A stretch of 64,000 nt of DNA from Malacoraja senta (GCA_038087875.1 CM075989.1:4278001-4342000); one strand, 5' to 3'; numbered from the stretch's first letter, positions 36,653-50,270 are shown. Numbers and translations: made by a program. The notes: a model not told the origin generated them from the sequence alone.

Positions 36653-37464
36653 AATGTGGATGTATGAAACAAACAACCCTATCGTGTGATGAATATACAT
36701 CCACAACTTGCTGGTATTGATATTGTTATTGGTTTATTAATTATTGAATAGGGAGGGTGTCAAGGGTTATAGGGAGAAGGCAGGAGAATGGGGTTGAGAG
36801 GGAATGATAGATCAGCCATGATTGAATGGCGGAGTAGACTTGATGGGCCGAATAGCCTAATTCTGCTCTTACAACTTATGAACTTAAGTATGAACTGATT
36901 ATTGTCACCTGTACATTGAAAAGCTTTTGTTTGCATGCAACCTAATTAAATCAGATAATACTTCACATGAACACGTGCAACAGGTAGATTTACAAATGGA
37001 TCTTAACAAGATTTTAAAAAGTGGAATGAATGTATTGGATGATAGTCGATCCACTTCTGGGGCCAGTACACAAAGAGTCTCCACTCTGCATCGCCATCTT
37101 GCCATTAAGGAGCCATTACATATTCGAGCACAGAAGAAAGCCATAATATGTTGGAGTAACTCAGCGGGACAGGCAGCATCTCTGGAGAGAAGGAACGGGT
37201 GACGTTTCGGGTCGAGACCTCAAACGTCACCTATTCCTTTTCTTCGAAGATGCTGCCTGACCTGTTGAGTTACTCCAACTTTTTGTATTTATCATCTGAA
37301 GCTTGCAGGTGTTGGTCCCCATAAGCACCTGCGGCCTTTATTTTTTTTTCTTGGTGGAGGTTGGAGGCGTTAATGGAGTGGATGAGCAAATGCTCACACT
37401 GCAGGCATTGTTCACCAGTGGGGCAGTGAATAAATATTCACCATGGTGGATGGGATGCCAATTA

Positions 37465-37735
37465 AATTAGTAGTAGGCCCCCCTCAGTCATGGCTGACCA
37501 TGGGTGATGCATCCTAGTTGTTGGCTGCTTGCTCCAAACCTCGGCTGGAGCAGCGTCGCTTGTGGCTGAAGAGACCAATGCAGGAATGACAGTCTCTGTG
37601 GCAAAGGTCACATTTGTGTGTGGTCTCTGGTCTGTTGAAGTTGCTGCGCTCCTTTCCGCGTGCCCGCTTGCCTGCCGCTGCGTTCAACAGTTTCTCTTGC
37701 CCCGTTTTGAGATGTTGGTTCAGAGTACCTCTGCC
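37465..37735 (-). mobile_element. RTE-clade LINE 3' end
   Basis: HKCDLCHRDCHSCIGLFSHKRRC C-terminal motif; short 3' UTR ending in a (tac)n-like repeat. Confidence 0.75.
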
Positions 37736-37899
37736 AATTAAATGGGTTGATCTGATCTGATCTGGATGTCGTTCAGTTCCCTGAACATTGATGAACAGGT
37801 GGGCAGTAGAGCATCCTCTTGACTTGTACATGATGGGTTGTCTTTGAGATACTCACTTTATTTTGTTCAGGAAGTACTGTTGGTTTTGTTGGTAAGGAT

Positions 37900-38300
37900 G
37901 GCTTTAGACTTTTAGAATTTAGAGATACAGCATGGAAACAGGCCCTTCGGCCCACCGAGTCCACGCTGACCAGGATCACCCCATACACTAGCACCATCCT
38001 ACACACTAAAGATGGTTGCAGGGCTAAGTACCTGGGGAGGGGGTGGTTTGGGTGGGTTGCGGTCACAGTGAGAACGTACAAACTCCGTACAGCAGCACCT
38101 GTAGCCAGGATCAACCCCGATCTCTAGTGCTGAAAAGCAGCAACTCAGTTTAGTTTAGTTTAGAGATACAGTGCGGAAATAGGCCCTTCGGCCCACTGAG
38201 TCCGTGCCGACCCCATACACTAGCACTATCCTCTACACTAGGCACAATGTAAATTTTTTTATCGAGGCCAATTAACCTACAAACCTGGACATCTTTGGAC
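37900..38300 (-). mobile_element. Two V-SINE copies in tandem
   Basis: agatacagc..ggaaa(c/t)aggcccttcggccc tails and gagaacgtacaaactccgtac core. Confidence 0.8.
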
Positions 38301-38730
38301 ATTACCTGCTGAGTTTCTCCAGCATTTTTGTCTACCTGAGTTACTCCAGCTTTTTATGTCTATCTTCCATTTAAATAAGTATCTGCAGTTTCTTTCTACT
38401 CAATACAGTCTGTGAATGAAGCCCATAACCTGGATGGTTTCATTGAATAAACACCAATTTAAAAATAAATTGAGCCGCTCGGCATAATATTTTATGTCCA
38501 CAGGCTACCCTGGTACAGCCACAATTAAATATTGTTCACGATTCTACGCAGGCAAATCTACACAAAATAAAATCATTCTTGTCTTTCCAGATTTCTTCGG
38601 GACTTTGTTACAATGTGTTTGAGATCTTCAACTGATACTTTATAGATACGAGACACCGCGGAGATAGGTCCTTCGGTCCACCGAGGTTGCACCAACCAGT
38701 AATCACCCCGTACACTAGCCCTATCCTATT

Positions 38731-38985
38731 GAAGGTACACAAAAATGCTGGAGAAACTCAGCGGGTGCAGCAGCATCTATGGAGCGAAGGAAATAGGCAA
38801 CGTTTCGGGCCGAAACCCTTCTTCAGACTTAAGGTCTCAAAGACCTCGACTTCTGTCTGAAGAAGGGTCTCGACCCGAAACGTCACCTATTCCTTTTCTC
38901 CAGAGATGCTGTCTGATCCACTGAGTTACTCCAGCTTTTTGTGTCTATCTTCGATTAAAGCCAGCATCTGCAGTTCCTGCCTATG
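38731..38985. mobile_element. Two pLTRs of different subfamilies in opposite orientation
   Basis: Minus copy with GGGTTTCGGCCC stem; plus copy with GGGTCTCGACCC stem. Confidence 0.85.
38855..38887 (+). ncRNA. Minimal hammerhead ribozyme motif (GUC triplet)
   Basis: GU-CUGAAGA-A-GGGU(CUCG)ACCC-GAAA-C-GUC-AC. Confidence 0.8.
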
Positions 38986-39734
38986 CTAACTGTTTGTTCC
39001 AACGTAGATGTGGAAAAGTAGCAGGCCTGACCCAGTTCTGCAGGGGTTTGGAGCTGCTCACCTACTATCACGTGGGCAGTCTTTTCAGCAGCAGCCTGTC
39101 TGACAAGAAATTGATCTCATAAACTGCGCTTGACTAAACAGTGTTGTGTTATTCCATCGCTCGGCCCTTCAAACAGCTGCTGAAGTTCGGGGCATTGTTT
39201 ACAGAGTACACAGCTTCCACGAATGATAGAAGGCCGGTGGCCCCAATGGTATATGAGCAGTCCGCCCCTCCAGCTTGGCTGTTGCAACCTGAGCTCACTA
39301 ACAGCTCAGGTGAGAGAGTGCCGCACAAAAGGGACAATTGGAGGTAATGATGAGGTTTTGATAGCGACCCTAATTAACAAGCTGTGGGACATTTGTTCAA
39401 CCACTAATGCTGTCAAATTATATTGATTGTTAGGCCCTGCTGGGCTTGCACAATCAGAAGGTAGGCAACGTCTTTCCATTACAATCTTTCACTCACATTA
39501 ATAAATCATAATATTCTTGTGTAGGAAGAAACTGCCGATGCTGGATTAGACTGAAGATAGACACAAAGTGCTGGAGTAAAGCGATTTTTTGGGGCGACTA
39601 CAGGCGACAAATTTCAAAATGTTGAAAATTTTTCGCCGACCGTGGCAACAATTTTTGCTGTCGTGGGTTGTCGCTAGGTGTCGTAGGTGAATTCCGTTGA
39701 GTCACCCCAGCGCTTTGTGTCTATCCAAGCAGCT

Positions 39735-40030
39735 GAACATTGACTTTCGAAGGGGAAAGCTGAGAACCCACAACCTGTCTTCATCGATGGGTTGGCAGAG
39801 GATAGAATCACCAAGCTCAAGTTCCTGAGTATGATTATCTCTGAAGATCTATCCTGTGCCCAGCAAATTGATTCAATCATAAAGAAATCCCATCAACACC
39901 TCTACTTCCTTGGAAGATTGAGGAGATTCTGAATGTCGCTGTATACTCTCTGACAATCTACAGGTGTATGGTAGAGAGCATATTGACTGGTTGCTTCACA
40001 GCCTGATTCTGCAACTTGAATACTCAGGAA
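39735..40030 (+). mobile_element. Rex1-like LINE RT C-terminal remnant
   Basis: FKFLG-like, QRLYFLRRLRRF-like and YRC..ESILTGC motifs, degenerate. Confidence 0.7.
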
Positions 40031-40204
40031 CATTGTTGCCGCTAGGAATAAAATCCTTGTCAGAATTTTTAACAGAAATCACAACGACCTCCCAATAAAA
40101 GCAGGATCATTCCTTTGTGGAAAACACAACGAGTGAAGGTTGATTAGATAAATTCATGTGCATTAAATCAATATCAGTCACTTAAACAACGAGGTCACCA
40201 GCCT

Positions 40205-40680
40205 TGCGTAGAAGAAACTGCAGATGCTGGTTTATACTGATGTTAGACACAAAATGCTGGAGTAACTCAGCGGGTCATGCAGCATCTCTGGAGAAAAGGA
40301 ATAGGTGCCGTTTCGGATCGGAACCTTACGGCAGCTTGCAAGATAGAGAAGTCCAGAGCATACAGACCTCAGGAAGGGTGGTCGATAATAATAACAATAG
40401 GGATACAAGGATGTGAACAGTGGAACTAGCAGAACGACTAGGGTGGGGGAGGGGTGAGGGGGGAGAGAGGAGGGGAAAGAATGTAGGAGTTCCTTGAAAT
40501 TAGAACATTCAACGTTCATGCTGCTGGCTTGTAAGCTGTCCAAGCCAAATATGAGGTGCTCTTTCTTCTAATTTGCATTTGGTTTCACTCTGACAGTGGT
40601 GGAGGCCAAGGACAGAAAGGTTGGTGTGGGAATGGGAAGGGGAGTGAAAAGGTTTGGCAACCGGCAGATTGCGTAGACCA
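40205..40680 (-). mobile_element. Penelope-like 3' fragment
   Basis: pLTR plus GIY-YIG tail similar to 33825-34240. Confidence 0.82.
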
Positions 40681-41279
40681 TCAGGTCAGAGAAAGTAACC
40701 AATGAATCGTACCCAGTCTAAGAACAGCCATGGCCTCAATATTTAACAATATTAATAGTTAATCCCTTAAACAATTAGCCCTCCATAAGTAATCCATCCT
40801 GTAGTTTTCACAGGGAGGTAGTGCATTCAAGAATAAGATTCAGATACTATAGTAAATGAATATTGCAATCATCTTTGGGCTCAGTATTCTGTTACACCAT
40901 CATGTTCATTAGTCGGATGTACTAAGACCTTGATATCATTTTGTTCGTCAAAGGGAATAACCTGACCACACAATTAGCCATAGTTGTATTAATCACATTA
41001 CACTGGATTACCTTTCTTATCCCCTTCATGAACATTGCTGCAAACTGATTATCTGCTGATGATCACAGCACTGATAGTTGGAGCCCACTGTGCTGGCAAT
41101 GTGTCTGCACAACAACAGCAACGACATTTCAGGAGAGTTTCACTGGCTGCAAAGCACCTTGCACTATACTGAAAGGGGATGTGCATGACGCTATGTAAGT
41201 GCAAGCCAATGTTGGTCAACTTATTTGATGACAGTTACAAGGCTGGCTGATCGATTGTCCGATCTACTGGCTGATCGAT

Positions 41280-42555
41280 TCCTTGCATATCCATGTGCCT
41301 TTCCAAAAGCCTCTTCAGTACTCCTATCATATCTGCCTCCACCACCACCCCTGGCAATGCGTTCCAGGCACCTGCCATCCTCTGTGTAAAAAAACCTGTC
41401 CTGCATATCTCCTTTAAACTTTGCCCCGTTCACCTTAAAGCTGTGCCTCTTTGATATTAATATTTGATATTTCCATCCTGGGGAAAAAAATGTTCTGACT
41501 ATCTATCCCGACTATGCTAAACTGGTGACTCTGTACAAACTATCTCAGTGTACTTCTGCTATACACTTGTACTGTATCTGAGGTGCTTATCTAATATGTA
41601 TCTAAGTGTATAATGACACTTCTACTGAACTGTATACAAACATGAATTTCACTGTAGCTCGGTACATGTGACAAATAAAGTCCCAATACCAATAATTTTA
41701 TATACTTCTGTCAGGTTTTTCCTCAACCTCCGCCGTTCCTGAGAAAACAATACAAGCCTATCCAATCTCTCCCTGAAGCTAAAACGCTCTAATCCAGGCA
41801 TCATTCTGGATAATAGACACAAAATGCTGGAATTACTCGGCGGGTCAGGCAGCATCTCAGAAGAAAAGGAATAGGTGACGTTTCTGGTTCAGACCCCACT
41901 TCAGGGTTTCCACCCGAAACATCACCTATTCCTTTTCTCCAGAGATGCTGCATGACCTGTTGAGTTATTCCAGCAGTTTGTGTCTATCTTTGGTATAAAC
42001 CAGCATCTCCAGTTCATTCCTACATAATCATTCTGGTAGACCTCCTCTACACCCTTTCCAAAGTCTCCACACCCTTCCTGTTTTGGGCAACCAGAACTCT
42101 ACGCAATACTCCAAATGCGGCCAAACCAAATTCCTATAAAGCTGCATCATGACTTCCTGACCCTTATACTCAAATCATTAAGTTTTACCAGATTAATATC
42201 TTAATATTTAATTATCTTAAAATATTAATATTTTACCAGAGGTTGAGCAGGCTGGGAGGATAATGGGCGATCTTATAGAGGTAATATATAAAGGTGAGGG
42301 GGAAAGATTTTATAGGAATCTGAGGGGTAACTTTTTCACACAAAGGGTGGTGGGCATATGGAACAAGCTGCCAGAGGAGGTAGGTGAGACAGGGACATTT
42401 AAGAAGCAATTAGACAGGTACATGGATAGGACAGGTTTGGAGGGATATGGGCCAAATGCAGGCAAGTGGGACTAATGTAGATGGGACATGTTGGTTGGTG
42501 TGGGCAAGTTGTGCTGAAGGGCCTGTTTCCACACTGTATCACTCTATGACTCTAT
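41280..42555. mobile_element. Cluster of CR1 fragments (- 41280-42175, + 42240-42555) with an inverted pLTR pair at 41810-42026
   Basis: CR1 motifs; TSD atcattctgg at 41800-41809 and 42027-42036. Confidence 0.8.
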
Positions 42556-44656
42556 TAGGTATAAAGTCAATCGAATGCCATATGGCTGGAACTGTTGACA
42601 AATGAAAAAGGATTCAAATCAGCTCATGGAAGATTGGCATTTATCTCAAGGGACTAAATCAAAAATGGGGAAGTTATATCACAATAGTCCATCAGGACTA
42701 CCGTATTCATGTGTGAGCACCTTGGGAGGGGAATTCAGGAGGGAATTCTTGATTTTGGAGTTGATTTACCAGAAAGTTACATCCCTGTTCATTCATTAGC
42801 GACATATATTCAGTCTGTTTGGGGGTGGCTTTTTGATCTACCAGTTACAAAATTCCAAATAATTTGCTGAGCTATTTATTATGTTGTTCTATATTTTATT
42901 AACCAACCCAGTATCAACATCTCAGCAACCAGAAGACTTAAATTGTGAGAGCAATTTATAGTCCCTGAACATGGAGCTAAAAAAGATTAAATGGTTCAAA
43001 AGTTTGTTATCTTTAGTTTAGTTTAGAGATACGACGCGGAAACAGGCCCTTCGGCCCACCGCCGACCAGCAATCCCCGCATTTTATCCTACACACTCTAG
43101 GGACAATTTTTACATTTACCAATCAACCAAGAAGGTTGCAATAGCTGGCTATTCATCTCATTGCTATCTGTCAGATTCTTCACCATGTTTGACAACACAA
43201 GTGAGGTAATTTTTGATCTTTGAAGCAAGCAGGTCAAGTTGAAGTGAATTCGAAAAGAAGAACGTGAGGGCAGTTTCTTTTCTTCCTTTCTTTCTTTAAA
43301 TGATCTCATTTGTGGCATTTTGTAAAATTACTGCAAATGGGGGATTTATTAATGGCTTGCATGAGAGGGAAAGGCAAACTTTATCCAAGTTCTCATTCCT
43401 GACTCTTCTTCCAGCAACGTTTGCTAGGAAGTGTGTATGTTTTTTTGAGGGGCGAAAACAGCACTGGGATCCAATGAGATTGCTTGGTTTTGCTCACTAT
43501 CTCAACCCAATGTGTGAAGATTGGTGAGGTGGACAACGTTAGCAGAGGGCTGCAAAGACTTCACAAATGGCGGCATGGCAAGTGGAACTGCCTTGGGGAG
43601 AGGAGGTCGGTTGGAAAACCAGGGGTGAATTGAACAAAGCTTTTGCATCTTGTGGATTTGCTCATTTTCCAGATGTCTGAGCTATTTTCTCCTTGATTGG
43701 AAGGCAATTAACAACTTTGGGCGGTCGACAATTAGTGAGAGGGGAGCAGACAGTGTAAGATCCCCTTTCAAGTGTTGGCACAGTTCCTGCACTGACTCCC
43801 TTTGTCAATCTGTTTGGATTTTTTTTCCCTTATTAAGCTCCGTCTATTTTGTTGTTTGACTTTCTTATTCATTCCTGGCAATGAACCCTGTGAATCTTGT
43901 AATATTCCACTTGGTTTTCTTTTGTCATCTCATCGATGTCAGATGAGGGGTGGGTGCTAATCACCAGTGGATTATGATAGCAAGTCATTAATTCTGCACT
44001 TTTTTGATTGGTTCGTCCTAATTTCCATGGAGTCAGTTCATCACGCTGAGGGCAGGGGTTAACCAATCAAAAATAATTGGGGTTGTTGTTCTTGTACATC
44101 GTGCCTTTTGTCTATTGTTTGCAGCCTTGCTTCAAACCATCTGTGTTTCTCCCACTCACTCGTAGCTAAATTTGAGATTCCTCCATTCAGAATATAAATG
44201 AGCCTTTCTTTTATGTGTTAACCACAGAGCAACTTCATAGCACGTCCAGAACTTGCCCAGTACTTTTATTGCTTTCTATTCTTGAAATGCACACCCCATC
44301 TCAACGACAGAGCAGTCCTGAACTACTATCTACCTCATTGGAGACCTCGGGCTGTCATTGATCGGACTTTACTGGCTTTATCTGTCACTAAACGTTATTC
44401 CCTTGTCATGTATCCGTACACTGTGCAATGGTCGATCGTAATCATGTATTGTCTTTCCGCTGACTGGTTAGCACGCAACAAAAGCTTTTCACTGTACCTC
44501 CGTGCAGGTGACAATAAATTAAACTAAACTGAACTAAACTAAAGACCGTTCAATGATAGCCTGCGGGGCTCCACTGATGTAGATAGTAGTTCAGGACTGC
44601 TCTCTAGTTGAGATGGGGTGTGCATTTCAAGAATAGAACTAGGCTCAGTACCTTAC

Positions 44657-45113
44657 AGGGCCTGTCCCACCAGCATGCGATTGCATGCGTCTAGCGCGAC
44701 CAAACGTGGTCGCTTGAGGCGTACGGCCTCGCGGGGCCGGTCCCACTTCCAAGCGCGGAGGAGTATGGAGTTGTGCGGGGCTGGTCCCGACATCGCGCGG
44801 GGCTCCGAAAATCCCGCTCGCCAACGCCCTATCAGCCCGCAGGCGCATTGAGGGCGTACGCAGCGTCTTGACGGCGTACGCCTAGTGCGTGCCGTTGTGT
44901 GATGACGTCACTGCCCGACACCGTGCGACGTCCAAATTCAGTCGGCCCGCCTCCTGCCCAGCTGATTGGTGAGTATGATGTCGGGACCAGCCCCGCACAA
45001 CTCCATACGCCTCCGCGGTTTGAATTGGGACAGGCCCCGCGAGGCCGTACGCCTCAAGCCACCACGTTTGGTCCCGCTAGACGCATGCAATCGCATGCTG
45101 GTGGGACAGGCTG
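44657..45113. mobile_element. PIF/Harbinger-like MITE with about 135-bp TIRs
   Basis: gggcctgtcccac...gtgggacaggc termini; long near-perfect inverted arms; CpG-rich. Confidence 0.8.
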
Positions 45114-45654
45114 TAAATTTCAATGGCCAGGCATCATGGCTGGCTGCGGATTTGTGAGACATGATCCTTTTCTACTGATAGCGTCTATGGAAGCCCATTG
45201 AACAATCCTGCTCCTACTAATTTTCCTTGTGCCCGATTATTCCCCAATAACCAAGGGGTATTTCGCAGTGGCCATTAACTTGTTAATCTGCACGTTGACA
45301 ATAGATTTCATGGTGATATACGAGCGACATGCACTTACCCTGCAGTGGTGGTGGAGGCAGATACGACAGCGGCATTCAAGAGGCTTTTAGATAGCATCTG
45401 GAATGAAGGGACATGGAGCACGTGCAGGCAGATGCGATTAGTTTATCTTGGCTTCATGCTTGGTGTAGACATTGTGGGCCGAAGGGCCTGTTCCAATGCT
45501 GTACTGTTCCATGTTCTATATTTTATGTATAATAAAGCCTATGTACCTGGAGAGATCTCACACGGTCACAAGGAGAAAGTACCTTTGAAATATCCACAGG
45601 TCACTTGTCACCTGAAGTCCTGAAATCATTTTGATTGTCAGAACCAACAAAAGT

Positions 45655-45980
45655 GCGGCATGGTGTCGCAGGGGTAGAGTTGCTGCGTTACAGCGCTTGC
45701 AGCGCCGGAGATGTGGGTTTGATCCCAACTACGGGTGCTCTCTGTAAGGAATTTGGGCATTCTCCCCGTGACCTGCGTGGATTTTCTCCGAGAACTTCTG
45801 TTTCATCCAACACTCCAAAGACATACAGGTTTGTCGGTAAATTGGCTTGGGTTTGTACACTTGCTATGCATGTAAATTGTCCCTAGTGTGTGTAGGGTAA
45901 TGCTAGTGTGCGGGGTTCGCTGGTCGGCACGAACTCAGTGGGCTGAAGGGCCTGTTTCTACGCTGAATCTCTGTATCTAT
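45655..45980 (+). mobile_element. V-SINE (HE1-like)
   Basis: Head, core and tail present. Confidence 0.85.
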
Positions 45981-47383
45981 AAACATGATAAGGGAATGTG
46001 TAGGAAGGAACTGCAGATGCTGGTTTAAACCAAAGATAGACACAAAATGCTGGAGTCATTCAGCAGGTCAGGCAGCATATCTGGAGAGAAGGAATGGGTG
46101 ACTTTTCGGGTCATGACCCTTCTTCAGACTGACCTTGCACTAAACCTTATAAGGGAATAATGTTTGGTACAATGTAAAGCCAGCAAAGTCTCTCATCTAA
46201 TGGGAAGATTTATTCAGCTTTACTGCTGGTCTCATCCTCATCTCACTTTCACAAGATCCACCTTCTCTTTATCAGCTTCTCAGCTTCCACCCCTGGGCAT
46301 GCGCCGATGACCAATGTCTATCACTAGCTCTTTTACCAAGGCAGAGGAGTCCAGAATGAGAGGGCACAGATTTAAGGTGAGGAGCAATTGAGACCTGAAT
46401 GGCAATTCCTTCCTGCAGAAGGTGGTTGGTGTATGGATCAAACTGCCAGAGGAAGTTGTGCAGGTGGCCACAATGGCAGCATACAAGATACATTTACACA
46501 TGTACATGAAAAGGAAAGGCTTGGCGGGATATGGGCTAAATGCAGGCAGATGGGACTAGGTCAGTCATTTAGCCGACTAGCCAACCAAAACTTGTTTGGC
46601 ATGAACAAGGGCCTGCTTTCATGCTGTCCGACTCTGTGACCACAACTCAGACTATTTAAGTCGAATGCCTTACTCTTTGCTCCCTGTGGTGTACATTGTG
46701 TTTACAGACAAGTTATGCTGCTGCAAATAAGCATTCAAGTGCTGGAGTAACTCAACAGGTTTGGCAGCATCTCTGGAGAACATGGATAGGCGAACATTTC
46801 AAGTTGAGACATTCCTTCACATTGAGGTCCTTCCTCTGTAAGGACTCTGTTCCCTTCTATCAAATATTAATTTCATCATTACAGCTCTTCCAAAGATCGT
46901 ATATTTCTGGTGAAAAGTCATCAACCTAAAATATTCATTTTATTACTTCAACTTAATTTAAAAATCAAAGTTAAAAAACATTTTGACTATTTCCCTCCAC
47001 AGATGCTACCTGCCCAGCTGAACAAATTATACTTCAAAAAGACTAGGGTCTATTCCAAAAATATCAGTAAATATATTTGCAAATCATTCAAGGAACAAAG
47101 TTCTGGAGTAACAATGGTTCTGGAGAACATGGATAGGTGATGTTTTAGGTCACAACACTTATTCAGGCCCTGACTACATCAGACGCAAATGCTGCCTGAT
47201 CCGCTGAGTTACTCCAGCACTTTGTGTATTTTTATAAGGCAGCATCTGCTGTTCCTTCTATTTACTAATCAATTTACTTAGTCTCAGAAAGATATTTTTC
47301 TGCCATCAGCTGTCAGAACATCCTTGCTACAAACCCTCCACCCACTCATTTTGCAGGCCCAAGTCTTGCCTCAATAAAGGATT

Positions 47384-47852
47384 GTGTAGGAAGGAACTGC
47401 AGATGCTGGTTTAAACCAAAGATAAACACATAAAGCTGGAGTAACTCAGCGGGACAGGCAGCATCTCTGGAGAGGAATGGGTGACGTTTTGGGTCGAGAC
47501 CCTTCTTCAGTCTGAAACGTCGCCCATTCATTCTTTCCAGAGATGCTGCCTGTCCTGCTGAGTTACTGCAGCTTTTTGTGTCTATCTCAGAAAAGGATTC
47601 ACTGGATTTGTCTGTGCTGTCTGTGTGGAGTTTGTACGGTTTCCCTGTGACCACGTGGGTTTTCTCCAGGTGCTCTGGCTTCTTCCACATTTCAAAGATG
47701 TGCAGGTTTGTTGGTTAATTGCGTCTGTAAACTGCCCCGAGGTGTGTAGAATGCGAAAGTGGGATAGCATAAAGCTGGTGTACGGGTGATCAATGATCAG
47801 CGTAAACACGGTGGGCCGAAGGGCCTGTTTCCACGCTGTATCTCTAAACTAA
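47384..47852. mobile_element. Inverted pLTR pair (47384-47586) followed by a 5'-truncated V-SINE (+)
   Basis: Family motifs. Confidence 0.8.
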
Positions 47853-48924
47853 AATATGTTACTCAGATGCATCGTAATGTGACCATCTTAAATGCCCACT
47901 GAAATGGCAATGCAATATATTCAGTTCCAGGGCAATAGGGATGAGCAATAAACACTGGCCAGTTGCAGCTAGGTTAAATGAATAAATTGCAATTAAGCAA
48001 AAACCTGAATGGGTTCTTGTTAAAAAAAAAAGTCAATATTTTAACCTAAGAAATAAAATGGCACCAGTTATGCTGCATGTGATAACATTGGTGCACCCAC
48101 TTTGGCCGTCGCTGTGTCTGTTCAGTGCTACCATTGTCCGTTCACATTTCCTCTTACAGTACGTGACGAGCTGCAGTCAAATCTAAAATGGTCTCCAGTC
48201 CCGACAGTATGGGACGCACAAACACACACACAAGGGGAGCATCGCTGAATGTGCTCTGATGCAGGATTGCGCTGAGAAAGGGTTAAAGGTGGAGAGGAAG
48301 GATCCATCTGAGTTACGAGGCGATCAGATGGAATTCTATGCTGCGGTATCATAAAGAATATGAACTCGACATAACGAATGGCACGCGGGACTGTGCGGCT
48401 GCAGTTTCACTCCTCTGTGTGCGTGTCCCCCTTTGATGTACAATTGTCTTGGCTCAGCCTCACTGTCCAGTCTCCCCAGCTTGTAAATGGAAGTGCGTTG
48501 TTCCCACGATCCCCTGTATTATATATCTGCAGCTCTCCAAGTGGGGAATGATGTCATCACAGCCCTGTGAGAACTCCATTGTTCGGGCTGAAATGAAGAA
48601 ATCTTCATTGATGCATTGAGGAGTCAAACCCGAGGAATAAAGGAAGAAAAAAAGTACAGGATTTGTTTTCAATCTGTCATTTTAACTCAAGGATTACAAT
48701 GGACTACATGTAATTGCAGCTGGCATGTTGCCAGTAGGGACAGATTCCACGGAGGCACCTTCTGCCACGATTCCAGGTCACAGTTCCCTCTCATCAGCTC
48801 TGCGCCTGCAGAGAGAGTCTTCTGCATCTCTTCAAGCTGCGGTTATTTTAGCTCCACTCAAACGAGCCAATTTATGGGCTCACTAGGCTTCTTGTATGTC
48901 ATTTAAAAAAACTTTTTAGTTTTG

Positions 48925-49220
48925 TTTTGAGATACAGCGTGGAAACAGGCCCTTCGACCCACCGAGTCCGTGCCGACCAGCAATTACCCCGTACACTAAC
49001 ACTATCCTATACATTAGGAACAAGTTACAATTTTACCAAAGTTTTACCAACCTACAGACCTGTACGTCTTTGGAATGTGGGAGGAAACCAGAGCACCCGG
49101 AGAAAAACCACGCGGTCATGGGGAGAACGTACAAACTCCGTACAGACAGTACCCGTAGTCAGGATCAAATCCAGGTCTCCGGCGCTGTAAGGCAGCAACT
49201 CTACCGCTGTGCCACCGTGC
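48925..49220 (-). mobile_element. V-SINE (HE1-like), full length
   Basis: Reverse complement of the head, core and tail. Confidence 0.9.
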
Positions 49221-49974
49221 AGTTCTGTTAGCTTCTCAATGTTATGCTCAGAAAGCGGGGGATACAGTGGAACACTCTTCATTTCCAGGCACCAGTTGTC
49301 AGCATAAAATACTGTAGCATCAGCTCTCTACACCTATGTTTAGAGCCCTTGGAAAGCTTACAGCTCCTCTCCTGCCTTCAACTGCAGCTCAGATGTACCA
49401 TTACTATTGTACCAGCTTTCCTGTACATTTTCTGATGGAATCTACCAATTAATGCCACGCTGAAACTACACAGCACAGGAGAAGCCACATGGTGCCTGTA
49501 TCCCTTTGTAAAAGGGATTGGCAATTACCCCATTCTCGCATCCCTTTCCACATTGCCCCAAAATGTTTTGCTTTCAAGTATGAGTTTAGTTCCCTTTGTA
49601 AAGTTGCAGCCGTCTTTTTAAGCTGTGAATTCCACATCATAATTGAGTGCCATATGTTTAAAAAAAAAATCTTCTCATCTCCCTTCTTCTGATCGTGCCA
49701 TGTAATAGTAAATCAGTCTCCTCTGGTTATTAATATTCCAATCAGTGGGAACATTTCTCACCGTCCCGGAGCCTAGCAACACGACCCGACTTTAACAGAG
49801 CCTAACCCGACCAGTTACATATGTTCAGTTCAGATCAGATGGATATACTGCTACCACATTTAGCCAGATCATCTCATGCCATCTGCACTCAGTACATTAC
49901 CCAGGTCAGAATGATTTGCTTAGTGTGGCTTTGACATAGTAACACATATCAGGAAGTCAGTTGATTATTTGTAC

Positions 49975-50270
49975 GACATGGTGGCGCAGAGGTAGAGTCG
50001 CTGCCTTACAGCGCCGGAGATCCGGGTTCGATCCCGACTATGGGTGCTGTCTATATGGAATTTGTACATTCTCCCCATGACCTGCATGGGTTTTCTCTGG
50101 TTTTTCCACACTCCAAAGATGTACAGGTTTGCAGGTTAATTGGCTTGGCGTATGTATAAATACTCCCTGGTTTGTGTAAGATAGTGTTAATGTGCGGGGA
50201 TCGCCGGTCGGCGCGGACTCAGTGGGCCGAAGGGCCTGTTTCCGCACTGTGTCTCTAAATTAAACTAAAT
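49975..50270 (+). mobile_element. V-SINE (HE1-like), full length
   Basis: A box tggcgcagagg, B box ggttcgatcc, (aaact)n-like tail. Confidence 0.9.

Noticed and set aside
41244..41280. ctggctgatcgatt direct repeat as an element boundary
   Set aside because: Short local duplication next to a CR1 fragment, with no further structure.
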